The notes: generated by a model from the sequence alone, not told the origin. A DNA stretch of 64,000 nucleotides from Felis catus (GCF_018350175.1 NC_058368.1:99388001-99452000), one strand, 5' to 3'. Shown: positions 12,429 to 24,251, numbered from the stretch's first letter. Numbers and translations: made by a program.

Positions 12429-12643
12429 TGATCTATCCATCCCAAGGAGCCGTATAACACATGTCGTATGTTTGATGTGAACTACTTGTAAAAAAAGTGA
12501 CGTATTATCAACGCTTTCCCTGTAACAATAACCAGGGAAACAGTTGTGTTTGAAACTAACAGATATTCTGTATTAAAAACATAATCATTGGCGTCCTACA
12601 AACAGGAGACAGATCACCTTACTCTTAGCAAGAGCAAGTTCAG
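12429..12643 (+). pseudogene. Candidate exon (215 nt), degraded
   Basis: Acceptor ttttattctaaatcttctag, perfect donor cag|gtaagt; stops in all frames. Confidence 0.5.
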
Positions 12644-13334
12644 GTAAGTATGTAGGTCTCAATAAAAACCATGTAGAATCTTACATTTATTTCCATTCAT
12701 TTGAATGCTTTAATATTGCACAGTTTTATTTGCACAGATAACAAATAATCTTATAAAAATATAGGAACAGATCCCATTTAGTGTATAGCTAGTCAAGATA
12801 AGAACTAGTAACGTCAACAAGTAGTAGATGCATAGAGCAAATATACACCATGCAGTAGCATCTAAATATTGTTTCTGTTCGTCCGAGGCTAATTATCTAT
12901 GATTCAAGGCCCAATATCGGCTGAAACTGTCATTAGCATTTATTTCAAATACATTAACTTGTATATCAGAGAAATTATGTGTTTTGCCTTATTGATTTCA
13001 TATTTGTTATGAGTACTAAATTAAGTTCTAAAATTTCTTTTTAATGCTTTAAGCTCATGTTTTATTACTTTTGGAGAATGCAGGTATGAAAAATATTTTT
13101 TAAAAATATTCTAAAAATTACTTCACCCTCAAACCTTGCCAACCTTACATTTGTGAAATAAAAAAATTGCTTTAATAAGATACTGTGAAGTAATACGTGT
13201 TTTAAGATCAGGTGTTTAGATTCATTCCCTGATTTTTTTTAACAAATAATATATACACTCAATATATAACACTCATGCACTTTGTGTATCTTCCTTTTAA
13301 TTCCAAATATATGCCTTTGTTGGGTTTGGCTGCC

Positions 13335-13335
<1 letters not shown>

Positions 13336-13372
<37 letters not shown>
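13336..13372. repeat. Poly(T)37
   Basis: Uninterrupted T run. Confidence 0.95.
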
Positions 13373-13373
<1 letters not shown>

Positions 13374-13489
13374 TAGATCAAAAGGTCTTCCATTTCCCAT
13401 ATACCTCTCTAAATTAGTTTCATTTCTAAGAAAAAGTATTCTTACTGGCATTGAACTATATTATAATTGGTTTTGGTTTCATTATGTAG

Positions 13490-13546
13490 GCCCCAACAGC
13501 TGGAGGAAAAGAGCTTCTATAGAATATACCAAATTCTGTCTTACAG
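13490..13546 (+). pseudogene. Candidate exon (57 nt)
   Basis: Acceptor ttttggtttcattatgtag, donor cag|gtttga; open in two frames (PNSWRKRASIEYTKFCLT or PQQLEEKSFYRIYQILSY). Confidence 0.45.
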
Positions 13547-13994
13547 GTTTGAGCACAATATATATTTTCATAGCCGCTTTCATTCATCATAATGTGGTGT
13601 ATATTTATGCCAAAATGACAGAAAGGAAAAATCACATTGTTTTTTCTTAATACTATAGAGTCCAGAGTGTAGTCTTAACTGAACCAGAATTCTGATTTAA
13701 GATATTCAGTTGATATTATTCCCTGAAGCTTTGAGATTACTCAGTGTGCAGTTATTGTCTTACCACTAAGAGAAATATTGGAATAGTATAGTCATCTGAA
13801 ACAATACTAATTGAAAGAAGAGGGAAACCCACAAATCTTGTCTGTTAGGAAAGGTTAACACAGCCATGATGAATATATATTCCATGAAAAGAACTCTGGC
13901 ACTTAACTCTTAAATTTACAGTGACATTTCTCTATCTGCATGAGAAAATGTTTCTTTAATAAAGAGGTATGGGGTAAAAAATATAAAGCACACA

Positions 13995-14210
13995 GGGTGC
14001 CTGGGTGGCTCAGTCAGTTAAGCACTTGACTCTTGGTTTTGGCTCAGGTCATGATCTCATGGTTTGTGAGTTCAAGTTCCACATCTGGGCTCCAACCTGA
14101 CTACAGAGCCTGCTTGGGGTTTTCTCTCTCCCCTTTGCTCTTTGCCCCTCACCCACTTGTGCTCCCCCCCACTCTCTATTTCTCAAAATAAATAAATAAA
14201 CTTTAAAAAT
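13995..14210 (+). mobile_element. CAN-SINE
   Basis: gggtgcctgggtggctcagtcagttaagc...aaaataaataaataaa. Confidence 0.93.
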
Positions 14211-14219
14211 ATGTATGTA

Positions 14220-16550
14220 GCACATAGGAAAAAAATTAGAAGAGCATTAACCTTGAAGTAGGCAAAGAATTCTTAAATTCACACAAAAAAAGCTTTATTC
14301 GGTAAGCATTTACAAATTGGACTTTATTTTAACTAAGGAATTGTTCATCTGGGAGCACTACTTACAGTATAAGAAAAGTATATGGAGAGACGATATATGA
14401 AATATATAGATTTGACAAAAAGCATATCTAGCATAAATGTGTATATATATGTGTGTGTATATACATATATAACTGTGTGTATGTGTATTCATTATTCCCT
14501 ATCAGTAACACAGAAGAGTCTATAGAAAAATAGGCAAAAGAATTGTGTAGGCACTTTGTAGAAGAGGCGAAACATAAGAAAATAATAACATCATGAATGA
14601 CCAGGGAATATTTAAGTTACAGTATTATACCACTAACATAACAGAAGGGCTAACATTGAAAAGACAAACAGTCAGTACCAAGTGCTGGGTAAGATGGGAA
14701 AATGTGGAACTCTTTTGCAGTATCGAGGAAAACACAGTATAACGAAAAATAACATACTTAGGTGCAAAGCTTGTACCATACTAACATGTATGGTATCTAT
14801 ATGACAATTACAAAATGCTAATGAAATAACTTTTTAAAAAGAACTAAATAAATGAAGATTTGATTTTTGAAAAAAATCAAAAAAGTGACGATGTTAATTC
14901 TCCCCTAACTGATCTGTAGGTTTCATGAAATTCCTATTAAAATACCAGAATTTTTTGTTTGTTTGTTTGTTTGTTTTAGACAAGAAGTATGGCTGGCCAA
15001 AGGGTTCTTAGAGTTGACACCAAAATCATGACCCATACATGGAAAAATTTATAAGCTGGATTTCATACAAATACTATAAAATAAGAACTTTTGTTCTGTG
15101 AAAGTTCTTGTAAAGAATATGGGAAAATTCACTGTCTACTCGGAAAAAATATTTGCAAAATGCTTATCTGACAAAAAAAATGTAGGTAGGTTATATAATG
15201 AACTCTGAAAACAAAAATATGTAATCTATTTAAGTGGGAAATAACACTACACAGACATTTCACTAACGAAGATATGCAGATGGCAAGTAAGCACATGAAA
15301 TTGTTCGACATTATTAGTCATCTTAAGAAAATGAAAGTTAAAACCACGGTCGGTGCCATTAAACCCCTATCAGAATGGATAAAATAAAAAGGAGTGAGAA
15401 CACTACATGCTAGCAAGGGTGTGGAGAAACCAAATCACTCTTACATCGGTGGGAATATAAAACGGCACAGACACTCTGGAAATGAGCTGGGCAGTGTGTG
15501 AAAAAACAGAACAAAACTAAGCATACACCTGCATGTGATCTGGCAGTTGCTTTCCTGCTCAGTGATCCCAGGAAATTGAGAAATTATGTTCACACAAACC
15601 ATGTGCATGAATGTTCAGAGTACCTCTGTTTACCGTAACAGAACCCTGGAAACAGCTCAAATGTCCTTGAGTGGGTGATTTATTTTTCCCACTGGGTGAA
15701 TTTTTAAACAACTGTGGTACATCTATAACATGGAGTACTACTTAGTAATTAAAAGGAACAAACTATTGAAATATGCTATAGCTTGGATGGATCTCAGGAA
15801 ATTACGCTAAGTGAAATAAGCGAATCTCAAAAGCTATATGCCATGCAATTACATTTGTGTAAGTTCTTGAAGAGACAAAATAATGGAGATAGAAAATGGA
15901 CTCCCGGTTCCCAGGGTTAGGGATAAGGGTGAAGGAGAGGGAGGATGGGAGAGAATGCTATAGGAAGTGGATGTGTCTACGCAAGCGATAGCAAAGCATG
16001 AGGGATCCTTGTAACATTACAACTGTTCTTGGAGCTTGGCTATACTTACATGTACCTATATCTTGGCTATACTTATAGTTACATGAATATAGACATGTGA
16101 CAAAATTTCAGAGAACACAATACGTGCACATATGAATATGCAAAATGTGAGATCTGAGTAAGTTTGTTGAACTGTATTAATGTCAGTTTTCCAGTTGTGA
16201 TATGTTAATTACAATTGTGCGCAATTTTACCATTGGGGAAAACTGGGAGAAGGGTGCATGTAATCTGTATATACTATTTCTTAAGACTGCATGTGAATTT
16301 ACAACTATGGCAAAATAAATAGTTTAATTTAAAATAAGTTTATAAATAAAGCAACCACAAAAGTAAGTCCAGATTGGCAGAAATAATCCGTGGCATTACA
16401 CGTCAGGATAGTGGGGAGGGTCATGAATGAAAACGATCATAAGAAGAACTTCTCAATATTTTGTTTCTTGATCTGGTTCTAAGTTCTTCCATTTTGTGAA
16501 AATCCATTAAGTCATATACCTATGATTTGTGTATTCTTTTGTTCATATCT
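14220..16550 (+). mobile_element. Old L1M fragments (ORF2 3' end and L1MC/MD-like 3' UTR, nested pieces)
   Basis: gaagatatgcagatggcaagtaagcacatgaaa...; 3' UTR taccattggggaaaactgg...actgcatgtgaatttacaa...aaaataaatagttt. Confidence 0.85.
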
Positions 16551-16580
16551 TTTTTTTTTTAATTAAAAAATAGTTTACCA

Positions 16581-16795
16581 GGGGCGCCTGGGTGGCTCAG
16601 TCAGTTAAGTGTCCGATTTCAGCTGAGGTCATGATCTCAAGATTCGTGGGCTTGAGCCCTGCATTGTGCTCTGTGCTGACAGCTCAGAGCCTGGAGCCTG
16701 CTTCGGATTCTGTGTCTCCCTCTCTTTCTGCCTTTGCTTGCTTGTACTCTATTTCTCTCTCTCTCTCAAAAATAAATAAACATGAAAAAAATTAA
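16581..16795 (+). mobile_element. CAN-SINE
   Basis: ggggcgcctgggtggctcagtcagttaag head and A tail. Confidence 0.95.
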
Positions 16796-16856
16796 CAAAA
16801 GTTTATCAATAAACTTTGGGCCTAGTACGGGAAAAAGTGAGATCAATAATTAAATC

Positions 16857-17074
16857 TTTTTTATTAAAAAATGTTTAATGCTTATTGATTTTTGAATGGC
16901 AGAGAAAAAGCATGAGTGGGGGAGGGCAGAGAGAGGGAGACCCAGAATCCGAAGCAGGTTCCAGGCTGTGAGTTGTTAGCACATAGCCCAATGCGGGGCT
17001 AGCACTCATGAACCGTGAGATCATGACCTCAGCTGAAGTTGGACCTTCAACCAGCTTAGCCACCTAGGTACCCC
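16857..17074 (-). mobile_element. CAN-SINE
   Basis: Antisense SINE ending agccacctaggtacccc. Confidence 0.93.
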
Positions 17075-17679
17075 AATAATTTAATTATTTAAACTATTTG
17101 ATTGAGGTGAAGTTGACTTGCAAAAAGCTGTATTTAATGTATACAACTTGATGAGTTTGGAGATACACGCCCGTAAAACTATCACCAGAATCAATGCCAT
17201 AAACATCCTCATCACAGTAAAAAAGGTTCTGATAAATCGTGTAGTAAATACATCAGTTTAATCTCTTCTCCAAAGTTATAAGCACAAGATTTCTCTAAAC
17301 AGTTGGATCACAGAACTATTTAAAAAATACATGTATATATATGTATATAAGTTGGGTATTTCATGAAACAACTTGAGGAATTTTGAATTAGTGAGTCAGA
17401 AGGCTGTGTGTACAAATACCTGTGAAATCCTTGAGACGTTAAAACCCCAGAGTTCTGAAAAAATCTCTGAGATATGGACAAGAGTAATTAAAAAGCAAGG
17501 ATAGGATCGCTTCATGATGTCATTACCTACCTTTTGAAAAGAGAGAGTTTGTAATTAAATCACTTACCTTTTAACATTAATCTACGTATAACAGTTTGGA
17601 GGGAAATTTATTACTGATTAAAAGACCGTTTGGGAATATTCTATGGATTTCACTTCTTCACTTTGTATCTATTTTCCAG

Positions 17680-17809
17680 TCAGCTGGGAAATAATCTGTA
17701 AAATACAGAATATGAGGGGGGGGGGGAAGAATTCTGAGACAAATGACAAGAAAGTGTAAAAGACTGGAGGTGTTTTCATTCAAACTGGACTTCAGTTATG
17801 AGTACATTG
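17680..17809 (+). pseudogene. Candidate exon (130 nt) with +1 frameshift in a G11 run
   Basis: Strong acceptor cacttcttcactttgtatctattttccag, donor ttg|gtatgt; with G10 it reads stop-free SWEIICKIQNMRGGGRILRQMTRKCKRLEVFSFKLDFSYEYI, phase 1-1. Confidence 0.5.
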
Positions 17810-18001
17810 GTATGTAGAACATTTACATACTTTGGTTACATTTGAGCATAAAAAGTGTGGGGATGTAACTCTTGGGGACAGATGAAAAACATGGTTATTG
17901 AGTAGTAAAAATAGCAGGTCTACCTCTTTCTGTATTTATCCACACTCTGTAGTAGACTCTAGGTCCTAAGACTCTAATTCTTATTAATATAATTGCCAAG
18001 A

Positions 18002-18216
18002 GGGGCGTCTGGGTGGCACAGTCGGTTAAGCGTCCGACTTCAGCCAGGTCACAATCTCGCAGTCTGTGAGTTCGAGCCCCGCGTCAGGCTCTGGGCTGAT
18101 GGCTCAGAGCCTGGAGCCTGTTTCCGATTCTGTGTCTCCCTCTCTCTCTGCCCCTCCCCCGTTCATGTTCTGTCTCTCTCTGTCCCAAAAATAAATAAAA
18201 AACGTTGAAAAAAAAA
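18002..18216 (+). mobile_element. Young felid SINE (SINEC_Fc-type)
   Basis: cagccaggtcac...ctgatggctcagagcc...gtcccaaaaataaataaa; TSD aatata(a/t)ttgccaaga. Confidence 0.96.
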
Positions 18217-19138
18217 TATATTTGCCAAGAGGCACTGGTTATCAATGGCCTATTGTGGCTCTAGAATGCTCTAGAATAGAAGCTGATGGAACTATATTGG
18301 TTATTCTTATGTAAAATAATATCTAAATGCACACACAAATACACAGTTCCCTTCTCTGTTTCTTATCTTCCTCTAACGCTATTGAATTTTAACTTACGCT
18401 CTTTTTAAAAGTCCTATGATCTTGCTATTGGAGGTGATTATTTGTCTGACATAGTTGCATTTTTCTGAGTTGAATTTCATTTTCTTCTGTTTATTACTAT
18501 ATTCATAGTCTGTGTGGTTCGATTTATTTCTCTGTTTATTCTCCTCTTTAGTACACCTGCCAGTTTATTATCGTTCACACCTCCCACAAATGTGCAGTTT
18601 GCTTCCCTTTTTACCTCATTAATTTAATACTAAAGAACATTACAACTTAAGCCAGCCCTTCTAGACATTCTCTCGACACTCACCACATCCCAATTCAATG
18701 ACAGGTGTGATTACCCTCTCTTTATAAATTTAGAGCCCTTTGTCAGTCTACATAATTGTTCTTCTCCAAACCCATTCAAGCTAATTTTGCAAATATTATT
18801 TTAAGACGTGATGTCAAATAATTCATAAACAGATAGGATTTTACAGGATAATACACACAATACCTGGTATATGTCATTCATTTTCTCAGGAGATAATCTA
18901 CAAATCTGTATTTTTAAGTTGCTGACCATTACAGCAATTTTGAAACCTCAAATAGGGATATAATTGGTTCCTTATAAATTCAGTCAGTGTTATCATATCA
19001 ATTTATATTTATCTGTCCATCCATCTATCAATGCATGTATCTCCATAAGCAAATAGAGACACATACTCATATACACACATACTTACTTTAAGTTCTTTAA
19101 TTTCTCACTTGAAATGTAGTATTAAACATAATTAGTCT

Positions 19139-19320
19139 GGGGGCTCCTGGGTGACTCGGTTAAGTGTGGGACTCTTGATGTTGGCTCAGATCAGGATCTC
19201 ATGGTTAGTGAGTTCAAGTTCTGCATCAGGCACCATGCTGACAGCGTGGAACCTTCTTAGGATTCTCTTTCTCCTTCTCTCTCTGCCCCCCCCCCAAAAT
19301 AAATAAATAGACATTAAAAA
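19139..19320 (+). mobile_element. CAN-SINE (older)
   Basis: ggggctcctgggtgactcggttaag head; TSD about ataattagt. Confidence 0.9.
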
Positions 19321-19401
19321 TAATTAGTTAGATTCCCTTTGCCGCCCCAAAGTTCTCCTCAGTCAGAAAGAATACAGTTGAGTCCATTCTTGGTTTTTCA
19401 G

Positions 19402-19635
19402 ATTGTAGTTGTGGCCAGTATACATTTGCCAGTTCCTTTTGGTTCACTTATATTCTGTAAAGCACCCTTCATAATGATTTCTTAATAGCTTCTACCATAA
19501 ATACTGTATCTCCACAAAACGTGTGGTTAGCATAGTAACTGTTAGCGCTCGTTTTGGTAAATAAACCAAGTCTGTGTATTAGCACAAGTGTGAACAAGTT
19601 AGGTTGGTGAATAATCTCAACCTTTTATCCATTTG
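19402..19635 (+). pseudogene. Candidate exon (234 nt), degraded
   Basis: Acceptor ccattcttggtttttcag, donor ttg|gtatgt; starts CSCGQYTFASSFWFTYIL in phase 1; stops and possible internal frameshift. Confidence 0.45.
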
Positions 19636-19886
19636 GTATGTATTTTATTTAGCACCAATTACTTTTTCATGCAGTCTTGTGGACTCTGAGATATCATAGA
19701 AAACATCATTTTAAAAAACAAAATTTTAAGGATATGATAGTCTGCCTGAAAAATATTTCTGGGCACTCAGGATGAGAGCAAATGGGAACCACATAAATGT
19801 ACATTGTAACTTCGTTATGCTAGTTTTGTTTTCATAGAACACTTCAGTCATTTTTCTGACATTCAATTAGGGTAGGTCATATTTAA

Positions 19887-19946
19887 ATATATATATATAT
19901 ACATACATATATATATATACATACATATATATATATATATATATAT
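19887..19946. repeat. (TA)n/(TACA) microsatellite
   Basis: Directly visible, flanked both sides by atatttaaatat. Confidence 0.9.
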
Positions 19947-20125
19947 TTAAATATTGTAATTAGCAAAACTGTGAGAAATCATATGGGTATTTTCATTGCC
20001 TGGAAATAATTCTATATTATCACTTTAGTCTTCATTTTATTTATCTTTTAATTCATTTTCTGAAGCCATATATTGTTTGGTATTTTTAAATTTATGACTT
20101 AAGCCATATATTTTTTCCCTAACAG

Positions 20126-20172
20126 TGAGAATTTGCCTCTATCTGCCTTTTTCTATTCAATTCTTACTAAAG
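20126..20172 (+). pseudogene. Candidate exon (47 nt)
   Basis: Acceptor attttttccctaacag, donor aag|gtagaa; open ENLPLSAFFYSILTK (phase 2-1). Confidence 0.4.
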
Positions 20173-20237
20173 GTAGAATCTTCCTAGTCTATATAAAATC
20201 CTTCTCCACTGGAATATAAAATCTATATTTTTTTTAG

Positions 20238-20292
20238 GAAATCACAAGATTTCTCATTTTCCATTGGCCAACCACAGCAAATTTTTTTTGAG
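20238..20292 (+). pseudogene. Candidate exon (55 nt)
   Basis: Acceptor tatattttttttag, donor gag|gtaact; open NHKISHFPLANHSKFFL (phase 1-2); upstream intron only 65 nt. Confidence 0.4.
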
Positions 20293-20608
20293 GTAACTCC
20301 TGAGATTATTTATTATTAGAAATTCAGATATTTCCCTGATGACTCTTTAAATCCGTAGCAATTTCTGGTTTTCTATGTCACACTTATGCTTCCAGTTTTC
20401 TTTTTTTTCTCCTGCCCTCATATGTCATACAGGAAATAAGTGGATTTCAATTCACTCCATTTTACCACTTCTTATTACTTCTAGGGAGGGAGGTACTTTG
20501 AAGACAGATATTTTTGTTAAAATCAAATTTTGGTATAACTTCTAAGTAGCCTCCAGTTTCAATTTTTTTTTCTATTAAAATAGAAATTATTTCAAAGAAA
20601 AAGTTTTT

Positions 20609-20824
20609 GGGGGCAACTGGGTGGCTCAGTCGGTTGAGCTTCTGACTTCGGCTCAGGTCATGATCTCAGGGTTTGTGAGTTCAGGCCCCGCGTGGGGCTC
20701 TGTGCTGACAGCTCAGAGCCTGGAGCCTGCTTCGGATTCTGTGTCTCCCTCTCTCTCCTCCCCTGCTCGTGCTTTGTCTCTCTCTCTCTCTCTCGAAAAT
20801 AAACATTAAAAATTAGAAAAAAAA
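20609..20824 (+). mobile_element. CAN-SINE (host of nested young SINE)
   Basis: ggggcaactgggtggctcagtcgg head. Confidence 0.95.
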
Positions 20825-21046
20825 GGGGCGCCTGGGTGGCGCAGTCGGTTAAGCGTCCGACTTCAGCCAGGTCACAATCTCGCGGTCCGGGAGTTCGAGC
20901 CCCGCGTCGGGCTCTGGGCTGATGGCTCAGAGCCTGGAGCCTGTTTCCGATTCTGTGTCTCCCTCTCTCTCTGCCCCCCCCCCCCCGTTCATGCTCTGTC
21001 TCTCTCTGTCCCAAAAATAAATAAACGTTGAAAAAAAATAAATAAA
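20825..21046 (+). mobile_element. Young SINEC_Fc-type SINE inserted in the A tail of the previous SINE
   Basis: CpG-intact body; TSD taaaaattagaaaaaaaa on both sides. Confidence 0.96.
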
Positions 21047-21109
21047 TAAAAATTAGAAAAAAAAAAAAAGCTTTTCCTATTGAACTGGGGGCCAACTTTT
21101 CCTTTAACT

Positions 21110-21352
21110 ACAGTGCTGGGGAGCTCATTACTTTTAGGGACCCACAAAAATGCTTTGACTTAGTTTAAAATCACAAGAAAAGAATGAGCTCTTAGGTCAA
21201 ATAATACATATTGAATATAATATTAATATATTCATGTTTATATTCATGTACTTACAAAACAGAACTTTGAATATTTTTGTGTGTGTTTTCATGCAGAAGG
21301 GGCAAAGGAAGGCAAAATTGCCTATGACCCACAGAAGTCATAATACAATCCT
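21110..21352 (-). mobile_element. Old hAT-like MER DNA transposon fragment
   Basis: gaaggcaaaattgcctatgacccacagaagtcataat end resembles a hAT-MITE terminus; family not certain. Confidence 0.45.
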
Positions 21353-21556
21353 AATTGATCCTGTTTCTCTTTATTGAAACATGGGAAGCTGTGGAATTAT
21401 TGATAAATCTAATCAATGAATATATGTGGAAGATTCTGCTACGTACATGCATCCATGCATGCTATTATGTGTATAGTTAATGAGTAAAAGCCATTTACAA
21501 GAATTTTGTATACTCTTCTAATTCTCACTAGTTCCTTACATTAAAGAATTAATTGT

Positions 21557-21773
21557 GGGGGTGCCTGGGTGGCTCAGTCGGTTGAGCGTCCACCTTCGGC
21601 TCAGGTCATGATCTCACAGTCTGTGAGTTCGAGCCCCGCATTGGGCTCTGTGCTGATGGCTCAGAGCCTGGAGCCTGCTTCTGATTCTGTGTCTCCCTCT
21701 CTCTCTGCCCCTTCCCTGCTCATGCTCTGTTTCTCTCTGTCTCAAAAATAAATAAATAAACGTTAAAAAAAAA
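21557..21773 (+). mobile_element. CAN-SINE
   Basis: Full-length SINE body and A tail. Confidence 0.95.
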
Positions 21774-21948
21774 TGCAGTTGAAGGGGCAAGTTGATTTTG
21801 TGTAGAGAACTCCAAGTGAACCCTAAAGCATGCAACTTTAGTATTAAAATTAACCAAATATATAGATTAATTTCATAATAAATATTCTCTCTGGTAGTGG
21901 GAGTCTCACATTTTTATAAAGTCTTGCTCTGAATTGTCTTCTTTGTAG

Positions 21949-22000
21949 TTTGGAGATAATTAAGTACAGAGGTCTTTCAAAACTAACTCAGAAATCACTA
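21949..22000 (+). pseudogene. Candidate exon (52 nt, phase 2-0)
   Basis: Acceptor ttgtcttctttgtag, donor cta|gtaagt; open LEIIKYRGLSKLTQKSL. Confidence 0.5.
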
Positions 22001-22065
22001 GTAAGTGCCCTGATTGGTCTTTAAAGTTAAAAAAGAAAAAAAAAATAGGAAGAAAATTGCTTCTA

Positions 22066-23278
22066 ATTGTTTTGTTTTGTTTTGTTTTGTTTTTTTGGTG
22101 GAATACTTAGGGTTTTCTATGTATAGTATCTTGTCTGCAAATAGTGACAGTTTAATTTCTTCTTTACCAGTATTTAGATGCCTTTTATTTATTTTTCTTG
22201 TCTGATTGCTCTGGCTAGGACTTCCAGGACCATGTTGAATAAGAGTAGCAAGAGTGGACATCCTTGTCTTGTTCCTAATCTTAGAGGGAAATCTCTGTTT
22301 TTCACCATTCAGTATGATGTTAGCTGTGGGGCTTTCTCTCATATGTGGCCTTTATTTTGTTGAGGTATGCTCCCTCTAAATCCACTTTGCTGAGACTTTT
22401 TATCATAAACAGATTTTTTGATCAAATGCATACTTTGCATTTATTGACATGGTCCTATGATTTTTATCTTTAGATGTGTTGATATGGTATGTCACATTGA
22501 TTTGCGAATAGTGAGCCATGGTTGCATTCATGGAATAAATCCCATTTGATTGTGGTGAATGATCCTTTTTAATTTATATTGAATGCAGTTTTCTAATAAT
22601 TTTTGAGAATTTTTCTTCAGGGATATTGACCTATAGTTTTCTTTTTTTGTGATGTCTTTGTCTTAGTTTAATATCAGGATGATGCTGGACTCTAATGATG
22701 TATTTACATTCCATACTAAAAGAATAATAATAATAATCTGATTAAAAATGATTATGGGACCTGAATAGATTTTTTTCCCACGGAAGACCTACAGCTGGCC
22801 AATAGATACATGAAAAGATCCTCAATATCACTCATTATCAGAGAAATGGAAATCAAAACCACAGTGAGATATCACCTTAAACCTGTCAGACTAGCCAAAA
22901 TCTAAAATATAAGAAATAACAAGTGTTGGCGAAGAAGCGGAGAAAAAGGAACCTTTGTCCACTGTTTGTAGGAGTGGAAATTGTGGAAAACAGTATTAAG
23001 GTTCCTCAACATATTAAAAAGAGAAACACAGTATGATCCAGTGTTCCATTATTGAGTATTAAAAAAAAATTAAATAATGTCATTACTCTGATCAAACTCT
23101 CCAAAGGCACTCCAACTCCTTTATGACAAAATCTTTGTGACAAAATCTTTTTAAAGAAAAACAAAAATGCTAATTTGAAAAGATAAATGTACCTCTTGGT
23201 TTAATGCAACATTTTTACAGTAGTGAAGATATGGAAGCACCCTAAGTGACCATTGACAGGCAAATAGATAAAGAAGAT

Positions 23279-23323
<45 letters not shown>

Positions 23324-23826
23324 TAGAATATTCCTCAGCCATAAGAACAGATGCGCTCATGCCATTCATAACAACATGGGAAGACCTAGAGGTTATTATG
23401 CTAAGTAAATGAGTCAGGCTGAAAGACAAATACTATATGACTTCACTTACATATGGAATCTAAGAAACAAATAAAGGAAAAAGCAGAGTCAGACCTATAA
23501 ATACAGAGAACGAGTTGATGGTTGTCAAACGGATGGGCTTGTGGGGAGGAGCCAAAGGGTGCAGGGAAGTGGTACAGGCTTCCAGGTAAAAAGTGAACAA
23601 ATCAGGGAAATTCGCCTTTTAGGTATAAGCGATATAGTCCGCGTTATTAATAGCACTGTTAATACATTGTTACCAATAGCAGCCTAGAGTCGCAGATGGC
23701 ACCTACACTTGAAGTGAGTATAACAATATTTAAAGAAGTTGAATCACTATGTTGTATACCTGAAACTAATGTAACATTGCATGACAGTTATACTCAATAA
23801 ATAAATAAATTAATTAATAAATAAAT
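22066..23826. mobile_element. 5'-inverted L1 insertion (antisense RT segment about 22066-22700, sense ORF2 C-terminus/3' UTR about 22715-23826)
   Basis: ORF-track 21998-22342 contains L1 RT text ([31 protein letters not shown]); sense part ends in (aata)n; shared flank aaaattgct at 22053 and 23827. Confidence 0.8.
23281..23322. repeat. (TG)21 microsatellite
   Basis: Directly visible. Confidence 0.95.
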
Positions 23827-24132
23827 AAAATTGCTAATTACTTTATATAATAATCCAAAGATCACTGTTCTGTAATTTATATCACTGTCTCATTGTTTGT
23901 ATTGTTGTTTATGTGTGACCATAATTATTAAAATATCTTCATTAATTAATAATGTGGCCTCCTGTTCTTATTCTTAATTCAGTTATTAATCTTTCCTTCA
24001 GATTTAGTTTTAAGAATACTGATATGCAAAATATAATTAAACTGTCTAATTGAAATGCATACAGTTTAATCTCACTGAAGATGATGTGGAAGCATTCATA
24101 CACATGTTGCTTTTGTAATTTTCTGAATCTAG

Positions 24133-24164
24133 GAAGCAAAAATATATCAGAAATTGAATTTTAG
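24133..24164 (+). pseudogene. Candidate exon (32 nt, phase 0-2)
   Basis: Acceptor ttttgtaattttctgaatctag, weak donor tag|gtttta; open EAKIYQKLNF; phases link exons 21949 and 26811. Confidence 0.35.
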
Positions 24165-24251
24165 GTTTTAACGTTTGTATATTTCTCTACTATCAAAAAA
24201 ATGTATAATTGTCTTGTTATGTGGTATTAATTTACTTAAACTGTGATTTTT

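Noticed and set aside
8832..12643. NXPE-family assignment from W.CF...SRITH and HWRP motifs
   Set aside because: Motif spacing disagrees with my recollection of NXPE proteins, the frame is ambiguous, and the exon count does not fit; no symbol assigned.
13490..13546. Myosin motor similarity of QQLEEKSFYRIYQILS
   Set aside because: Only a short resemblance; no other candidate exon looks like myosin.
13239..13650. 122-aa and poly-Lys/Phe ORFs
   Set aside because: Produced largely by the T37 tract.
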